64,000 bases of DNA from positions 145,519 to 209,518 of the IMG/VR virus record IMGVR_UViG_3300008259_005066; one strand, 5' to 3'. A program made the translations under genes and the position numbers. The number at the start of each line of letters is the position of its first letter. The first letter of the stretch is position 1. Below, piece by piece: positions 29,812 to 41,362 of the stretch. Below the pieces are notes generated by a model. The model was given only the letters and a program-made list of their open reading frames with translations, was not told the origin of the DNA and searched no databases.

Positions 29812-32800
29812 TTACAGGCGCCCTACTACGACTTCTATCACACCTTCCGTGCCATCAAAGTCTTCCAGTGCTTTGCCTATCACAGTGCCCACACGTGGAT
29901 CTGGTTCGGCTCTAGCACGACCATCTGCTGTGGATACCATCATGTCGCCTTTGCGCACAGGACCTGTGACCCGGGTTGGTACACGACCTGTGAGTGCTAC
30001 AGCAACAATGTGATCACCTTCCAGTGCAGAATTCATGATGTAACTTGGATTGGTAGAAATCACACCAGCCACACGCTTGCATGCTTCTTCGGTGCAACCT
30101 GTGACTTCGGCTGATCCGCCAAAACATACCACTGTGCCGGGTTCTAGATTGGTATCTGCCGCATACATCTCGGCCAAGTCAGCGTATTGTGCTGAGGTGG
30201 CTTTGGCAAATATGGTATTGAAATAACTGCTGGATGTTCCAATGTTGCCTACACCGTTGGCCTGCAGATTGTTGATACCAGCCGAAGTAAATGACACAAT
30301 ACCAGAACCGCCTACATTGATATTGACATTACCGTTGCTGGTAGCGCAACTCACATTGGACGTTCCATTGGCGATGGTAGTGGTATCAACGTTATTGGAA
30401 CTCAGTGTGCCAGGTGTTGTTCCATCCGGTCCAAAGAATGCCAAGGTGTTGCCCGAGGTGTTCTTGAGGACGATGTTGCCCAGCGTGATCGAGTTACCAC
30501 TGAAGTAGCCATCTCTCCATCTCAGCGCAGAACTGCCCAAATCATAAGTGACGTTGGCTGTGGGTATCAAATCACCGGTGATACGCACATCGTTGTCGGT
30601 GTCAACCACTTCCACGGCAGCATTGCCGTTGACGTTAGAAATACCTTTGACCGTGACCGTGGTAGTGATCTCTCGCACCTCGATAGTATCAGACACCAGA
30701 GGTGCTTCTGTAAATGTCAGCACATTGCCTGTCACGGAATAGGCCAACACAGGAATCTGTAGCACACCGTTGATCGAAACGATACAGGAGTCTGTGGTCT
30801 GGCTAGTGCCCAATGTGTATGCTACAGTAGATCCATCTCCGTTGAACACTTCTGAATCGATTACTGTGAACACAGTGCCCGCAGATACCCACGAGTCTGC
30901 ATCATAGAATTCCAAACTGTCCAGCGTGGTGTTGAAACGGATCATACCAGTGACGCCAGTGGCCGGACGCTGTGCGGAGTTACCGCGTGGTATCAGGATT
31001 GAGTTACTGGATTGGAATGAAACTACGGCATTGGCTACCTGTGTGGAGTTACCAAATGACGCTGTAGACGTGCCTGCATCAACATAGAATATGTTGGCAG
31101 TGGTGTCACTGTTGACCGCAAAGTCTGTGTCAGAGCTGTCACTGTTTACTGTGACGCGACCTGTGCGGCTGGTTATACTGGCAACATATAAATTGCCGTT
31201 GGTGATATCAATGCCTTGTGTAGATGCTACTGCACGCACATTGGCTTCTGCTGTGTTGCCAACAAATATTTTTACGTTGCCGTTGGTAGAACCCAGCATT
31301 AAATTACCACGTGACGTGCTTCCACCTGTTTGTGCGTTGGCCACTACGTATAAGTAACCGTCATTGAGTGAAGAAGTGTCGCCAAAGAAAGCAGGATCAT
31401 CATGAGTGCTGGAACCAATACCCATGTCAATGAAAAATGTGGAGTCGGTTCCGTTGTCAGCAGTGGCCACATAGTCTGTAGATGCAATGGGGCCAGCGTT
31501 GATGTTTTCAAAGTTAATCTGGCTGTATGAATTGGTGTTGCCCGAAAACTGTGCTACTATGTTGGAACCCAGAGGGGTAAATCCTGCAACACCTGCTTGT
31601 ATGGCCAAGTTACCTGTGGGCGCTTGACCAAAGAAAATACCAGAAACATTGGCTACGATATTGCTTGTGGAAGTAAAGGTACCAATTACTGTGCCATTGC
31701 CGGTTATGTAGAGTTGTTGTGCATTGATATTGCCACTCAACGCATTGAGATTGGCCGAAGTGTTGATATTGCCTGTGGCATCGATGCGGCCGCCTGTGGA
31801 TATATTACCGCCTGTGATGTTACCAAGAACGGTCAATGCATCAGTAGTGGCATCATATGTGATTCCTGCATCACCGGCAATTAAACCGTTGTTGTTGAAC
31901 AAAATCTGTGTGTTAGAACCTGGCGCTACAAATGGACCAGAAATGTTGCCTACTGATACTACGCTTTCAGCATAGATATTGCCTGCTTGGAACGTGCCAT
32001 ACTGCACCACATTGACGATGTTGTTTCCGCTGAAGTTTACATTGGCAGCAGCTACAACGTTGCCGGTAGAGTTATCCCAGAATACCGAAGCATTACCTTT
32101 GCCTGTGGCTGCTTTGTAGTATTCCATGTAGATACCACGATCCATACCATCATCTGAGGTCAACGGTGCTCCATTGGCACCTGTGCCCATGATGATTATG
32201 GGATCTTCTACCCGCAAGTCATCGATGTTGATGTAGGTCAGATTGCCTTGGACCACTAAGTTGCCACCAATAGTAGCGTTGCCTGTGGTCTCCAGATGAA
32301 CAGCATACAGAGTGCTGTTAGCAGTGATATTGCCACCAAAAATATTGCCAGTGGCAGAAATGTTTGCTCCGCTGGAAATCAAACCGGTTGCCACAACAGC
32401 GGCGTTTGATATAAGATTACCACCGGTAATATTGCCAGTTGCGGATACAGTGGTGGCAGCAGATACGGAAGCATTACTTACCACATTGCCACCTGTGACA
32501 TTGCCAGTGGCACTCACAGTGGTTGCCGCTGACACTGCGGCGTTGCTTACTAGGTTACCACCAGTGATGTTACCGGTAGTGTTTATTTGTCCAGATACAC
32601 TGAGGTTGCCAAGAGCCAGATTACCAGTAATGGTAACGTTACCAATCACAGCGCCACTGGAAATCAAATTACCAGCAGTGACATTACCTGTGGCATCGAT
32701 GTTGCCAGTGGTAGAAATGTTACCACCGGATATGTTACCAGTGGTTGTTGAAATATTGCCTGCGGCTATGACAGCCGCATTGGAAACCAAGTTACCACCG

Positions 32801-33357
32801 GTGATGTTACCGGTAGCGGAAATTTGACCCACTGTGGAAAGATTGCCGGCACGCACATTGCCAGTGATGGCTGCATCCGTGATAATATTGCCGACCAAAC
32901 TTGTGGTGCCGTTGATGACGATGTTGCCACCAATGTTGGCGTCATTGGTGTGGAAACTGGCGTAACTAGCGATAGTGACCGTGGTATTGGTAGTGGTGTC
33001 ATTGGTGAATACCGTGACAAACTCACCTTGAGATTCATCCCAAACAAAAGCGATGTTTTGGCTGCTGCCACGTTCGCCAATGAAACCAATGTCCAAACTA
33101 GGAGCACCTGATTGATTGGCGGCCAGCAACAGTATGGGATCTTCAATAACAACACTGACTGTGTCAATGGTTGTGGTAGTTCCGTTGACTGTCAAGTTGC
33201 CAGATACTGTAAGATCTGATCCGTAGACCAGACTGTTGGCTATTTTGCCTGCTGTGATTGAGTAATCTTGCAGTTTGACGCCTGCGTTGATACCAAGGTA
33301 TACGTTACCGGTTGATGAATCGGTAATCTGATTGTTTTTTATCCGTGTAATGGCCAT
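29812..33357 (-). CDS. Fibre/baseplate-associated protein (1181 aa) with GN repeats, VrlC-like module and C-terminal peptidase-G2-like chaperone
   Basis: IPRGNSAQRP..GMIRFNT, FNGDGSTVAYTL...SINGVLQIP, ANVTYDLG, ATSAQYADLAEMY...VALTGRVP...GKAL. Confidence 0.8.
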   Translation of the reverse strand: MAITRIKNNQITDSSTGNVYLGINAGVKLQDYSITAGKIANSLVYGSDLTVSGNLTVNGTTTTIDTVSVVIEDPILLLAANQSGAPSLDIGFIGERGSSQNIAFVWDESQGEFVTVFTNDTTTNTTVTIASYASFHTNDANIGGNIVINGTTSLVGNIITDAAITGNVRAGNLSTVGQISATGNITGGNLVSNAAVIAAGNISTTTGNISGGNISTTGNIDATGNVTAGNLISSGAVIGNVTITGNLALGNLSVSGQINTTGNITGGNLVSNAAVSAATTVSATGNVTGGNVVSNASVSAATTVSATGNITGGNLISNAAVVATGLISSGANISATGNIFGGNITANSTLYAVHLETTGNATIGGNLVVQGNLTYINIDDLRVEDPIIIMGTGANGAPLTSDDGMDRGIYMEYYKAATGKGNASVFWDNSTGNVVAAANVNFSGNNIVNVVQYGTFQAGNIYAESVVSVGNISGPFVAPGSNTQILFNNNGLIAGDAGITYDATTDALTVLGNITGGNISTGGRIDATGNINTSANLNALSGNINAQQLYITGNGTVIGTFTSTSNIVANVSGIFFGQAPTGNLAIQAGVAGFTPLGSNIVAQFSGNTNSYSQINFENINAGPIASTDYVATADNGTDSTFFIDMGIGSSTHDDPAFFGDTSSLNDGYLYVVANAQTGGSTSRGNLMLGSTNGNVKIFVGNTAEANVRAVASTQGIDITNGNLYVASITSRTGRVTVNSDSSDTDFAVNSDTTANIFYVDAGTSTASFGNSTQVANAVVSFQSSNSILIPRGNSAQRPATGVTGMIRFNTTLDSLEFYDADSWVSAGTVFTVIDSEVFNGDGSTVAYTLGTSQTTDSCIVSINGVLQIPVLAYSVTGNVLTFTEAPLVSDTIEVREITTTVTVKGISNVNGNAAVEVVDTDNDVRITGDLIPTANVTYDLGSSALRWRDGYFSGNSITLGNIVLKNTSGNTLAFFGPDGTTPGTLSSNNVDTTTIANGTSNVSCATSNGNVNINVGGSGIVSFTSAGINNLQANGVGNIGTSSSYFNTIFAKATSAQYADLAEMYAADTNLEPGTVVCFGGSAEVTGCTEEACKRVAGVISTNPSYIMNSALEGDHIVAVALTGRVPTRVTGPVRKGDMMVSTADGRARAEPDPRVGTVIGKALEDFDGTEGVIEVVVGRL

Positions 33358-33415
33358 AATATGTCACTTCGCTCCGCTCTATGGTATTATTTAGCGGTCC
33401 GGCCAAAAAGATCTG

Positions 33416-36400
33416 TTACCAGGCGCCAATCACTATCATAATTTTGTGCGGGCCTGCACCGCACGTTTCCAGTGCTTTGCCCACGATCACACCCGGGCGC
33501 CAGTCATTATCTGCTAGTTTTTCTGCATGTCCAGCACGGCCTGACGTGGTCAGCACATCGCCTTTGGCCACAGGACCTACCACCCAGCAAGGTACACGTC
33601 CTGCCATGGCTATGGGCACACCTGCTTGACCTGCGTTCATGATATAGGCAGGATCAGTGGAAATCACACCGGCCAATCGTTGATCAGCATACTGGTAACT
33701 TTCTGTGACTTCGCTGTCGCCCGCAAAAATCATTACCCACCCGGGCTGATAAGCGCCATCGGCAGCAAAATATTCCGCCAAGTCCGCATACTGAGCAGAT
33801 GTTGCTTTGGCAAATATAGTATTGAAATATGTGCCGCTGGAACCAATGTTGCCAACGCCGTTGGCATTGTTGTTGAATATGTTGCCTACACTTAAATTGC
33901 CAGTGCCAACATCTAGCCCGCCGCCGCTGGATATCGTGGCAGGAGTGGTCCCATCTGCGGCAAAGAAACCAATGGCATTGCCAGTTTGGTTGGTCAGTAT
34001 CACGTTGCCAAGATAGATCGAATTGCCTGCTAGATATAGATCATTCCATCTCAGAGTGGTGTTGCCCAAATCATAAGTGACGTTGGCTGTCGGTAACAGA
34101 TTGCCTGTGATATTGACTTGTGCGGTAGCGTCACTGACATTTACAATAGCATTGCCAGCGGAGTTGCTGATTTCTGTGACCACTTGTAACTGGCTTATGA
34201 AACGTATTTCAATTTGATCCGCCACCGATGGAGCTTCTGTGAATGTTATGACGTTGCCTGTGACAGAGTAAGCAAAAACAGGAACTTGGCTCACACCGTT
34301 GATGCTGACCAAAATAGAATCAGATGTAGCAGTTTCATTCAAGGCAAATACCGAAGTTGCGCCATCGCCATTGATAATTTGGCTGGTGATATCTACTAAA
34401 TCTTGACCTACCACATCCCACTCAGTGCCGTCATAGACTTCGACCAACAATGTATTGGTATTGAATCGCAACGCACCTTGATCAGGTGATCCGGGACGCT
34501 GTGCAGTATTACCCGTGGGTATGGTCAGCGCAGTGGTACTAGTAATCTGTGTCACACCAGCAGAGGCAGGTATCAGCACTAGATTACCTGTTGTGGCTGT
34601 TAAAGTAACGTTGGTGTTGGATGTGATTGCTGTGCCGTCAATGGTAAAGTTATCAACTATCAACTGGCCTTGGATATTGGCTGTGGTTCCATTGAAGGTA
34701 AAGTTAGCACTGTCCACTAGATAACTAGTTTCCGCCGGTGACATTGCCTGTGGCCGATATGGTAGTTGCTGCCGATACGGCAGAATTGGAAATTAAATTA
34801 CCAACACTGACGTTGCCATTGACGTTTGCCTGTCCTGTGGCTGAGATATTGGCCACATACAAATCGGTTATGCTAACATTGCCAACCACTGCTGAATTGG
34901 CAATGAGATAGTTGCCCTGCACGTTGGCTGGCGTGGTTATGTTGCCTGTGCTGGTCAGTGTTCCTAGATTGATGATGTTACCACTGGTCACATTGGCCAA
35001 GATAGTGATATTACCACCATTGATGTTGCCGGATCCTACAGATAAATTACCTGCTGTGACGTTGGCGACAATGACTGCGCTGTTGGCTATGTTTAGATCT
35101 TGTCCCGATATCAATGCGTTGGATATGACATTGCCACCAGTGATGTTACCAGTGGCAGTGATTGTTGTAGACGCACTGATCGCGGCATTGGAAACTAAAT
35201 TACCACCGGTAATGTTACCGGTAGCTGATACAGTAGTAGCAGCCGATACAGCGGCGTTTGATGTCAAGTTACCACCGGTAACATTACCGGTAACATTGAC
35301 GTATCCGGTGGCTGAGATATTTCCTACATCTAGATCTGTGATCGTGACATTGCCAATCACGGCTGAATTAGCAATGAGATAGTTGCCTTGCACATTGGCA
35401 GGAGTGGTGATGTTACCGGTACTGTCTATTGTTCCAAGATTAACGATGTTACCACTGTTTACATTGACTGTTACAGTGATATTTCCAGTTGAAATATTTC
35501 CAGAACCAGTAGAAACATTACCTGCTGTGACGTTGGCAGTAATGACAGCACTGTTAGCGATAGAAAGATCTTGACCAGTGATCAATGCGTTGGCTATGAC
35601 ATTGCCACCAGTGATGTTTCCTGTGGCAGAAATTTGGCCTGCTGTGGCTAGATTACCGCTGACTGTGTTGCCAACAATCAGCGCAGATTCTCCGTAGAGA
35701 TTACCAATTTGCCAAGTTCCAAATTGATTGACAGTCACTATCTCGTTGGCGATGGTCACATCTTTGGCTGCCAGGAGATTTCCTGCGGAATTATCGTAAC
35801 CTATGAAAGCAGATTTCTCAGAAGTTGAATAATACCACAGTTGCTCGCCGCGATCCTTGCCATCATTGGTAGTCAATGGAGTGTTGTTGGCTCCACGACC
35901 CATGGAAATGATTGGGTCCTCAATGTTGAGGCTGGTCACATTGTTGTAGACTAAATCGCCATTGACAGTGAGATTGCCATCTATGATAGCATCGCCGTTG
36001 ACTTGTAGATTGCCTTGGGCAGTGATGTCATCGCCAGTGATTGACCCAGTCACAGTGAGCGTGTCTGTTTGGATGTTACCACCGGTGCCATATCCTACCT
36101 GGAAGATATTGGTTGCTTGGTCATAGGTTAAATTAGCGGATGCGCCAAAATCACTGTTGAGGTTGTATTGTATCTGGGTATTGGACCCAGCGGGCTGTTG
36201 GAAATCAACAGGAGCACCATTGGCATAATAGTATCCATCAGTGAGTATGTTGCCCACTGCGGCATTGCCGGTGATCGTGAGTGTGATTCCACTGATAGAA
36301 CCGTTGGATATGATATTGCCACCCGTGATGTTACCAGTGGCAGTGACAGTGGTAGCGGCCGATATGGCAGCATTGGATATGACATTGCCACCCGTGATAT

Positions 36401-38462
36401 TACCAGTGGCCGATATAGTGGTTGTGGCTGATATGGCAGCATTTGAAGTCACATTGCCACCGGTGATATTGCCAGTGGCAGAAATTGTAGTCACAGCAGA
36501 TATGGCAGCGTTTGACACTAAATTACCACCTGTGATATTGCCAGTGGCACTCACAGTGGTAGCGGCACTGATAGCGGCATTTGATGTCAAGTTACCACCG
36601 GTGATGTTACCAGTGGCCGATATAGTGGTTGTGGCTGATATGGCAGCATTGGATATCACATTGCCACCCCATACATTACCCGTGGCTGCCACAAATCCTT
36701 GAGTGCTGAGATTACCGACTATCGCTGTTTCGGTGGCTGTGAGAGTCGCGGTATAGACACCAAGATTGGCATTTAGATTGGCGGCCGTGATATTGCCATT
36801 GACTGTGAGGCTGTTGCCTACAGCATTACCAATGTTGGGTGTGACCAAATTGGCCCCGGGCTTGACTGATATATTGCCCGATCCGTCAAAGGCCGTGGTG
36901 TCGTTGTCCACCTTGGCAGCGAACACAGTGCCATTGAGCACCAAACCTGCGGCTGTGTTGGCCGAGTAGACTTGGCTGGCACTAAACTGTGTGAATTCAA
37001 TGTTAGCATAGCCAATGATAAATGGACCTGGAGGTGCTGTTTTTACATAACTTTCTCCGGCTCCGGTGTTACCTGCCTGAACATAGAAATAGGAACCTTG
37101 GTCCAGACCAGTGGAAGTATCTGGTTCGTATGTATCCGTATCGCTAGAACGTGTGAGTATCCATGGCGCAGACACATTACCAGTCTGGCTGACCACATAC
37201 ACACCATTTTCATAGGCCAAGGCTTGCTGATAAACCAACACACGCTGACCCACTGTGGGATTGACACCATCCACGGTGAGTTGAGCATTGACATTGGCAG
37301 TGAGCGTGGCTCCTATACCAGAATTCACTGTCACACCTTGTGTGAGACCAGCCGCCGATGTGATGTTGGCCACTGGTACACCATTGTAAATGGTAGTGAG
37401 CACGGCCGCTGATGCATTGGGAGTAGATACTACAAAATAAGCAGTGTTGCCTGCGATGCCAGAAAAAGAATTTGCAAACCACAGTTGATCATTGATCTGC
37501 AGATTGGCCGCTGAAGAAAACACTACCACGTTACCTGCTATGGTATCTGTCACTGTGAAAGTGTTGCCGCCTTGGGTATAAGTTGCGGCGGGCAATGCTA
37601 CCGGAGTCTCAACATAGACTGGAGTGTGGATATGGATTCCCGATGACACCGCATCGTCAACATATTGTTTGGTAGCGGCATCATAGGACTGTTGTGGATT
37701 GGACAGCCCATTGATCCACTGTGAGTTCATCACTATGTTGCCAGTGCCGTCCCATTGTAGCACACCGCTGGCAGAATTCAGCGTGAGATCACCAGAACTG
37801 GTTGTGACAGTGTTGGTTACAATGTTGGGTGCTGTCACATTGCCAATGGCCACTATGTTGCCAGAAGAATACAAGTTGCCACCATTGATATTGCCAGTGG
37901 CCGTGATTGTTGTGGCCGCTGAAATAGCGGCGTTGGATATGACATTGCCACCCGTGATATTACCAGTGGCAGTGACAGTGGTAGCGGCCGATATGGCAGC
38001 ATTGGACACGATGTTGCCACCTGTGACATTGCCACCCACTGTGACTGTGTTTGAAATGTTTACGATATTGCCAGTGAAATACTCCTGCACCACCAGATTG
38101 GCCACTACCAGGTTGCCAGATATGCTGACATTACCTATCACAGCGCCGGTGGATATCAAGTTACCAGCAGTTAAATTCGCAGTGACGGCTACATTGGTGC
38201 CATCATAGGTAAATCCAGAATTAGTTAGAGCTAACTGTGTAGACCCAGCATAAAATACGCCATTGGCCGTGGCCGAAGTGATGCGAACATTTGACGCATT
38301 GGCCACACCCAAAACTGTGAAATCATCCGCAGGTGTGCTGGTTAGCACGCCAACACGATTGTTGTCTACATCAAAGTAGATCAGGTTGCCCTGGATGCTG
38401 AGATTGGCACCACGTTGCAGGTTGTCCTGCAATATATTGCCGGAAATGCGAGATATTGCCAT
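33416..38462 (-). CDS. Giant fibre protein split into two frames near 34730 (1245 aa + 442 aa)
   Basis: The upstream ORF stops mid-repeat (ATGNVTGGN*); the downstream ORF carries the same C-terminal module series as the intact paralog 29812..33357. Confidence 0.7.
34780..35625 (-). repeat. Two-copy ~110-aa internal duplication in the giant fibre gene
   Basis: GQDLSIANSAVITANVTAGN...TGNITTPANVQGNYLIANSAVIGNV and GQDLNIANSAVIVANVTAGN...TGNITTPANVQGNYLIANSAVVGNV. Confidence 0.85.
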
Positions 38463-38489
38463 CGATAGCCCTTTTTACTATTTATGGGC

Positions 38490-38912
38490 TTATGGTTGTG
38501 TGGGCGCGACCACGCTCCTGATGACGTTTATGGGCTCGCCATCGGGCGGAGCCGAAGTAAAAGTTATGTCGTAACCACCGCCCGTGATTGAGTATGTGGT
38601 ACCAGGTTGCTGATACACAGAACCTATGAACACAATGACTTGATCATCTGCAGAAATTGCTGTGGTATTGGTGAGGCTAAAAGTCAAGGTAGAGCCATCG
38701 CCGGTGTCGCTGTAGACATCTACATTGAGTTCTCCGCCTATGCCCACAGGGCGAAATACAGAACCGTTGAAAAATTCCAGCGTGCCTATGTCTGTGTTAT
38801 AACGGAAACTGCCAAAAACCGGTGCTGTGGGACGTGTGCTGGAATCGCCAGCAGGAACCACTATGCTGGAACTACCGCTTTGCAGTTGACGATTTTTGAC
38901 AAAGTAACCCAT
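38490..38912 (-). CDS. Small virion protein sharing fibre modules
   Basis: VPAGDSSTRP...FRYNTD...EFFNG and GDGSTLTFSL...VFIGSVYQ.P...ITFTSAP match modules in the fibre C-termini. Confidence 0.7.
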   Translation of the reverse strand: MGYFVKNRQLQSGSSSIVVPAGDSSTRPTAPVFGSFRYNTDIGTLEFFNGSVFRPVGIGGELNVDVYSDTGDGSTLTFSLTNTTAISADDQVIVFIGSVYQQPGTTYSITGGGYDITFTSAPPDGEPINVIRSVVAPTQP

Positions 38913-39226
38913 TAGATAGTGGTGAAACTTGCGACTGTGGTGATAGCATTGTTGGCATTGGCATCGGCCCGCACTGTATCGCCTGGTCCCAACAGCAGTT
39001 TTTCACTGCCCGCATACAATTGATAGGTATCGTTGGCAGTGATCAACAGTTGGCTCAATATGGTGTTGCTGTTGCCGGCTGAGCTACCGCTGGGCACCAC
39101 ATACACATTGGCAACCACGTTGCCAGCTGAGTAGTTTGTGAAACTCAAAAATGTGATAGCCGTGTTGCCCGAACTGGTGTAGATATTACCGGCTGCTGTT
39201 GTTACGTTTCCTACTGCTATAGTCAT
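38912..39226 (-). CDS. Hypothetical virion protein (104 aa)
   Basis: Coupled ORF; beta-rich, ends KLLLGPGDTVRA. Confidence 0.65.
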   Translation of the reverse strand: MTIAVGNVTTAAGNIYTSSGNTAITFLSFTNYSAGNVVANVYVVPSGSSAGNSNTILSQLLITANDTYQLYAGSEKLLLGPGDTVRADANANNAITTVASFTTI

Positions 39227-39236
39227 GATCTGTTCC

Positions 39237-39869
39237 TTAGAATATTATGCTGAAAACAATGGCTTTGGATTTGCTTATCAACTCATCCTGATTGGCATCG
39301 TTGTTGAAGTATATGCCAGTGCCTCCGCTACCAGGCACATCGGATGTTATTGTGGCCGCATTGCCAATGGCAGTGGGAGTGGCGCCGTTGTATTCCAGCA
39401 CCAAAGTTCCATCTAGTGTGAGTTCGCTGGTGGCATAATCAAATGTCAGACCGGCATTGCCACCAAATGTGCCATCTCCGTTGTTGAACTGCACCGCTGT
39501 GTTTGAACCACCCGGAACTACTGTGTTACCTGTGGCGATAGGAGTCCATGATCCTGTCAAGCCCGTGGTGTCTGTGGACGAGGTCAGTTCCCATTGTGCT
39601 GTGTTGTTGTTGTATCGCAGGCCTGCAAAGTTTGAAGCAGTGCGATGCGTGAGCAAACCAGAATTTGATGCGTAGCTTCCTGTGTTGGACGAGTTGACCA
39701 GGATGAACGGATCTTTGACATTGAGTTCGTCCACATTGATATAGGTCAAATTACCTTGCACCGTCAAGTTTCCACTCACAGTGGTATCCGTGTCGATATA
39801 GACCTTCTGCGTGGGAGGATCAATGGTCTGGATGTAGTAATCGCCGTCGATGCGTTTGTAACTGGTCAT
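39237..39869 (-). CDS. Virion protein sharing the VQGNLTYINVDELNVKDP fibre module
   Basis: Same module as in the three large fibres; PGGSNTAVQFNNG repeat. Confidence 0.7.
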   Translation of the reverse strand: MTSYKRIDGDYYIQTIDPPTQKVYIDTDTTVSGNLTVQGNLTYINVDELNVKDPFILVNSSNTGSYASNSGLLTHRTASNFAGLRYNNNTAQWELTSSTDTTGLTGSWTPIATGNTVVPGGSNTAVQFNNGDGTFGGNAGLTFDYATSELTLDGTLVLEYNGATPTAIGNAATITSDVPGSGGTGIYFNNDANQDELISKSKAIVFSIIF

Positions 39870-40453
39870 ATCTGCCCTTTTGCTGTATTTAGCAGGGTTT
39901 GGAATTCCAAAATTGGCATGCTACGCAGATTTTTCACTGTGTCAAAACCGGCCACTCGAGCGGATTGCAGGCCTTCTACCCGTATGAATTCTCTGGCAGG
40001 AAAATCCCCACAGATCTGTATGATCTGTTTGACCCAATTGCCGCTGAATGTGGGCGGATCCTGGCTTTTTTTGTAGAACTGCGTGTCAGCATAGAGATTG
40101 TTGAACTGCCCATTGGTGGTTCCAAGATCAAATCCCAGCAGGTAAATGCAGTGATATCCATCAAGACAAGCCAAGGCCACTGCATTGGGACCGGAACTGA
40201 ATCCTTGATATTTGCTGTCCAATCTGTGCGCACCGCTTTCAGGCAAGGGTTTGCGGGTGTAGAAACGATGCTTCTTGGCATAGCCCGAATCTTGTATGGC
40301 CGTGGCGATGGGACGGTCAGTGGCTATCAGCACATCAGGTGTGAACGTGCGATACAAGGCATTGCATCCATACACTGGCCCTTGTGTTTTCAATTGTGCA
40401 AGATCGATGGGTTCGCGGCTGCGGCCGTTGCCCAAAACAAATGCTGTGGTCAT
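39866..40453 (-). CDS. Maf/DUF115- or GT29-like nucleotide-sugar-binding protein
   Basis: AFVLGNGRSR, VYGCNALYR, DVLIATD, SSGPNAV, IYLLGFDL, NNLYADT motifs. Confidence 0.55.
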   Translation of the reverse strand: MTTAFVLGNGRSREPIDLAQLKTQGPVYGCNALYRTFTPDVLIATDRPIATAIQDSGYAKKHRFYTRKPLPESGAHRLDSKYQGFSSGPNAVALACLDGYHCIYLLGFDLGTTNGQFNNLYADTQFYKKSQDPPTFSGNWVKQIIQICGDFPAREFIRVEGLQSARVAGFDTVKNLRSMPILEFQTLLNTAKGQI

Positions 40454-40488
40454 AAAAAATCCTCCCTGTATGTATCTGGGGAGGATTT
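40454..40488 (-). terminator. Intrinsic terminator after the 253-aa structural gene
   Basis: AAATCCTCCC...GGGAGGATTT 10-bp stem followed by T-tract on the minus strand. Confidence 0.7.
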
Positions 40489-40504
40489 CCGAGCCTTAGG
40501 TATT

Positions 40505-41266
40505 TTAGCTGTTGTAGTTTTCTACGATGCCAAGATCCAAAAGATTCTGCTGTGTGCCTGTGTTACCAGATCCGGTTGTGCCCGATTTGATAACTGTGCC
40601 TTCGTCTGTAAAGAAGTTGGCAGCATAACGCACATCATTGACCACGCTGGTGGCAGCATAGGTAGATCCACCTGTGAAGTCCAAGATGAACTTGTTGGTC
40701 AACTTGCTGATACGGCGTGCTGTAGAGTCATTCAATGTGAACGTGATGTTCATATTGCCCGAAGTCAATGTTGTATCGGCTTCGTCGGCTAAGATGCAAA
40801 CACCAACTGCGTTTACTCGACCTGTGCCGGTGCTACCAAGTGCGGCTGTAGCAGTAAAGATTTGACCCACTGTGGGTGTGCCAGTTACTCCGTAAGCAGT
40901 CCAATTGGTGTCGCCAACAACAGTGATGCGATACGCTGTGCCTGATACCAATGCTGTGCGAGCGGTCGTGCCACCAACCAAGAACTTGTGTGCGCCTTTT
41001 TGTGTGATGATGTAACCATCTTCTTCAGCAAAACCTGTGATACGCACACGGCATTTCACAGTGGGATAGTTTGCTGAATCCACTGTGTTGGATCCACCAA
41101 CCACACCTTCATATTCAGTGGCCGAACCAGGTGTGAAACCTGTGGGTACCACGGGTGCTGTCAGTGCTGAAAAAGGATTGAAGCCGATGTCAACTCCGGG
41201 ATTAGCGCCGGTTGAAGAGTTATAACTCGTTTCCGAGATGTTTTTGATTTTGAGAGGACGTCCCAT
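40505..41266 (-). CDS. Probable abundant virion protein (253 aa)
   Basis: Own late promoter, strong TAAGGAG RBS and own terminator; Gly/Thr-rich. Confidence 0.7.
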   Translation of the reverse strand: MGRPLKIKNISETSYNSSTGANPGVDIGFNPFSALTAPVVPTGFTPGSATEYEGVVGGSNTVDSANYPTVKCRVRITGFAEEDGYIITQKGAHKFLVGGTTARTALVSGTAYRITVVGDTNWTAYGVTGTPTVGQIFTATAALGSTGTGRVNAVGVCILADEADTTLTSGNMNITFTLNDSTARRISKLTNKFILDFTGGSTYAATSVVNDVRYAANFFTDEGTVIKSGTTGSGNTGTQQNLLDLGIVENYNS

Positions 41267-41359
41267 TTTGTTTTCTCCTTAAAGAAGCCCAATGCGGGTT
41301 CTAGCCGCTACGCAGGGGGTTGATGCCTGCATAAAACGCTGAATTGCGTTGTGTAAGAG
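41267..41359 (-). promoter_or_regulatory. Structured 5' leader (three tandem hairpins), candidate cis-regulatory RNA
   Basis: AACGC/GCGTT, TATGCAGG/CCTGCGTA and GCGG/CCGC stems lie back-to-back between TAAATA (41360-41365) and the RBS. Confidence 0.55.
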
Positions 41360-41362
41360 TAT

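Noticed and set aside
34725-34744. TAG read-through or stop-codon reassignment as explanation of the split genes
   Set aside because: Reading through the TAG gives LSSGQC and then TAA; the continuation is in another frame. TAG, TGA and TAA all end intact core genes normally.
25649-38462. CRISPR-like or non-coding repeat array
   Set aside because: The repeats are degenerate, in frame and protein-coding; there are no identical repeats with unique spacers and no cas genes.
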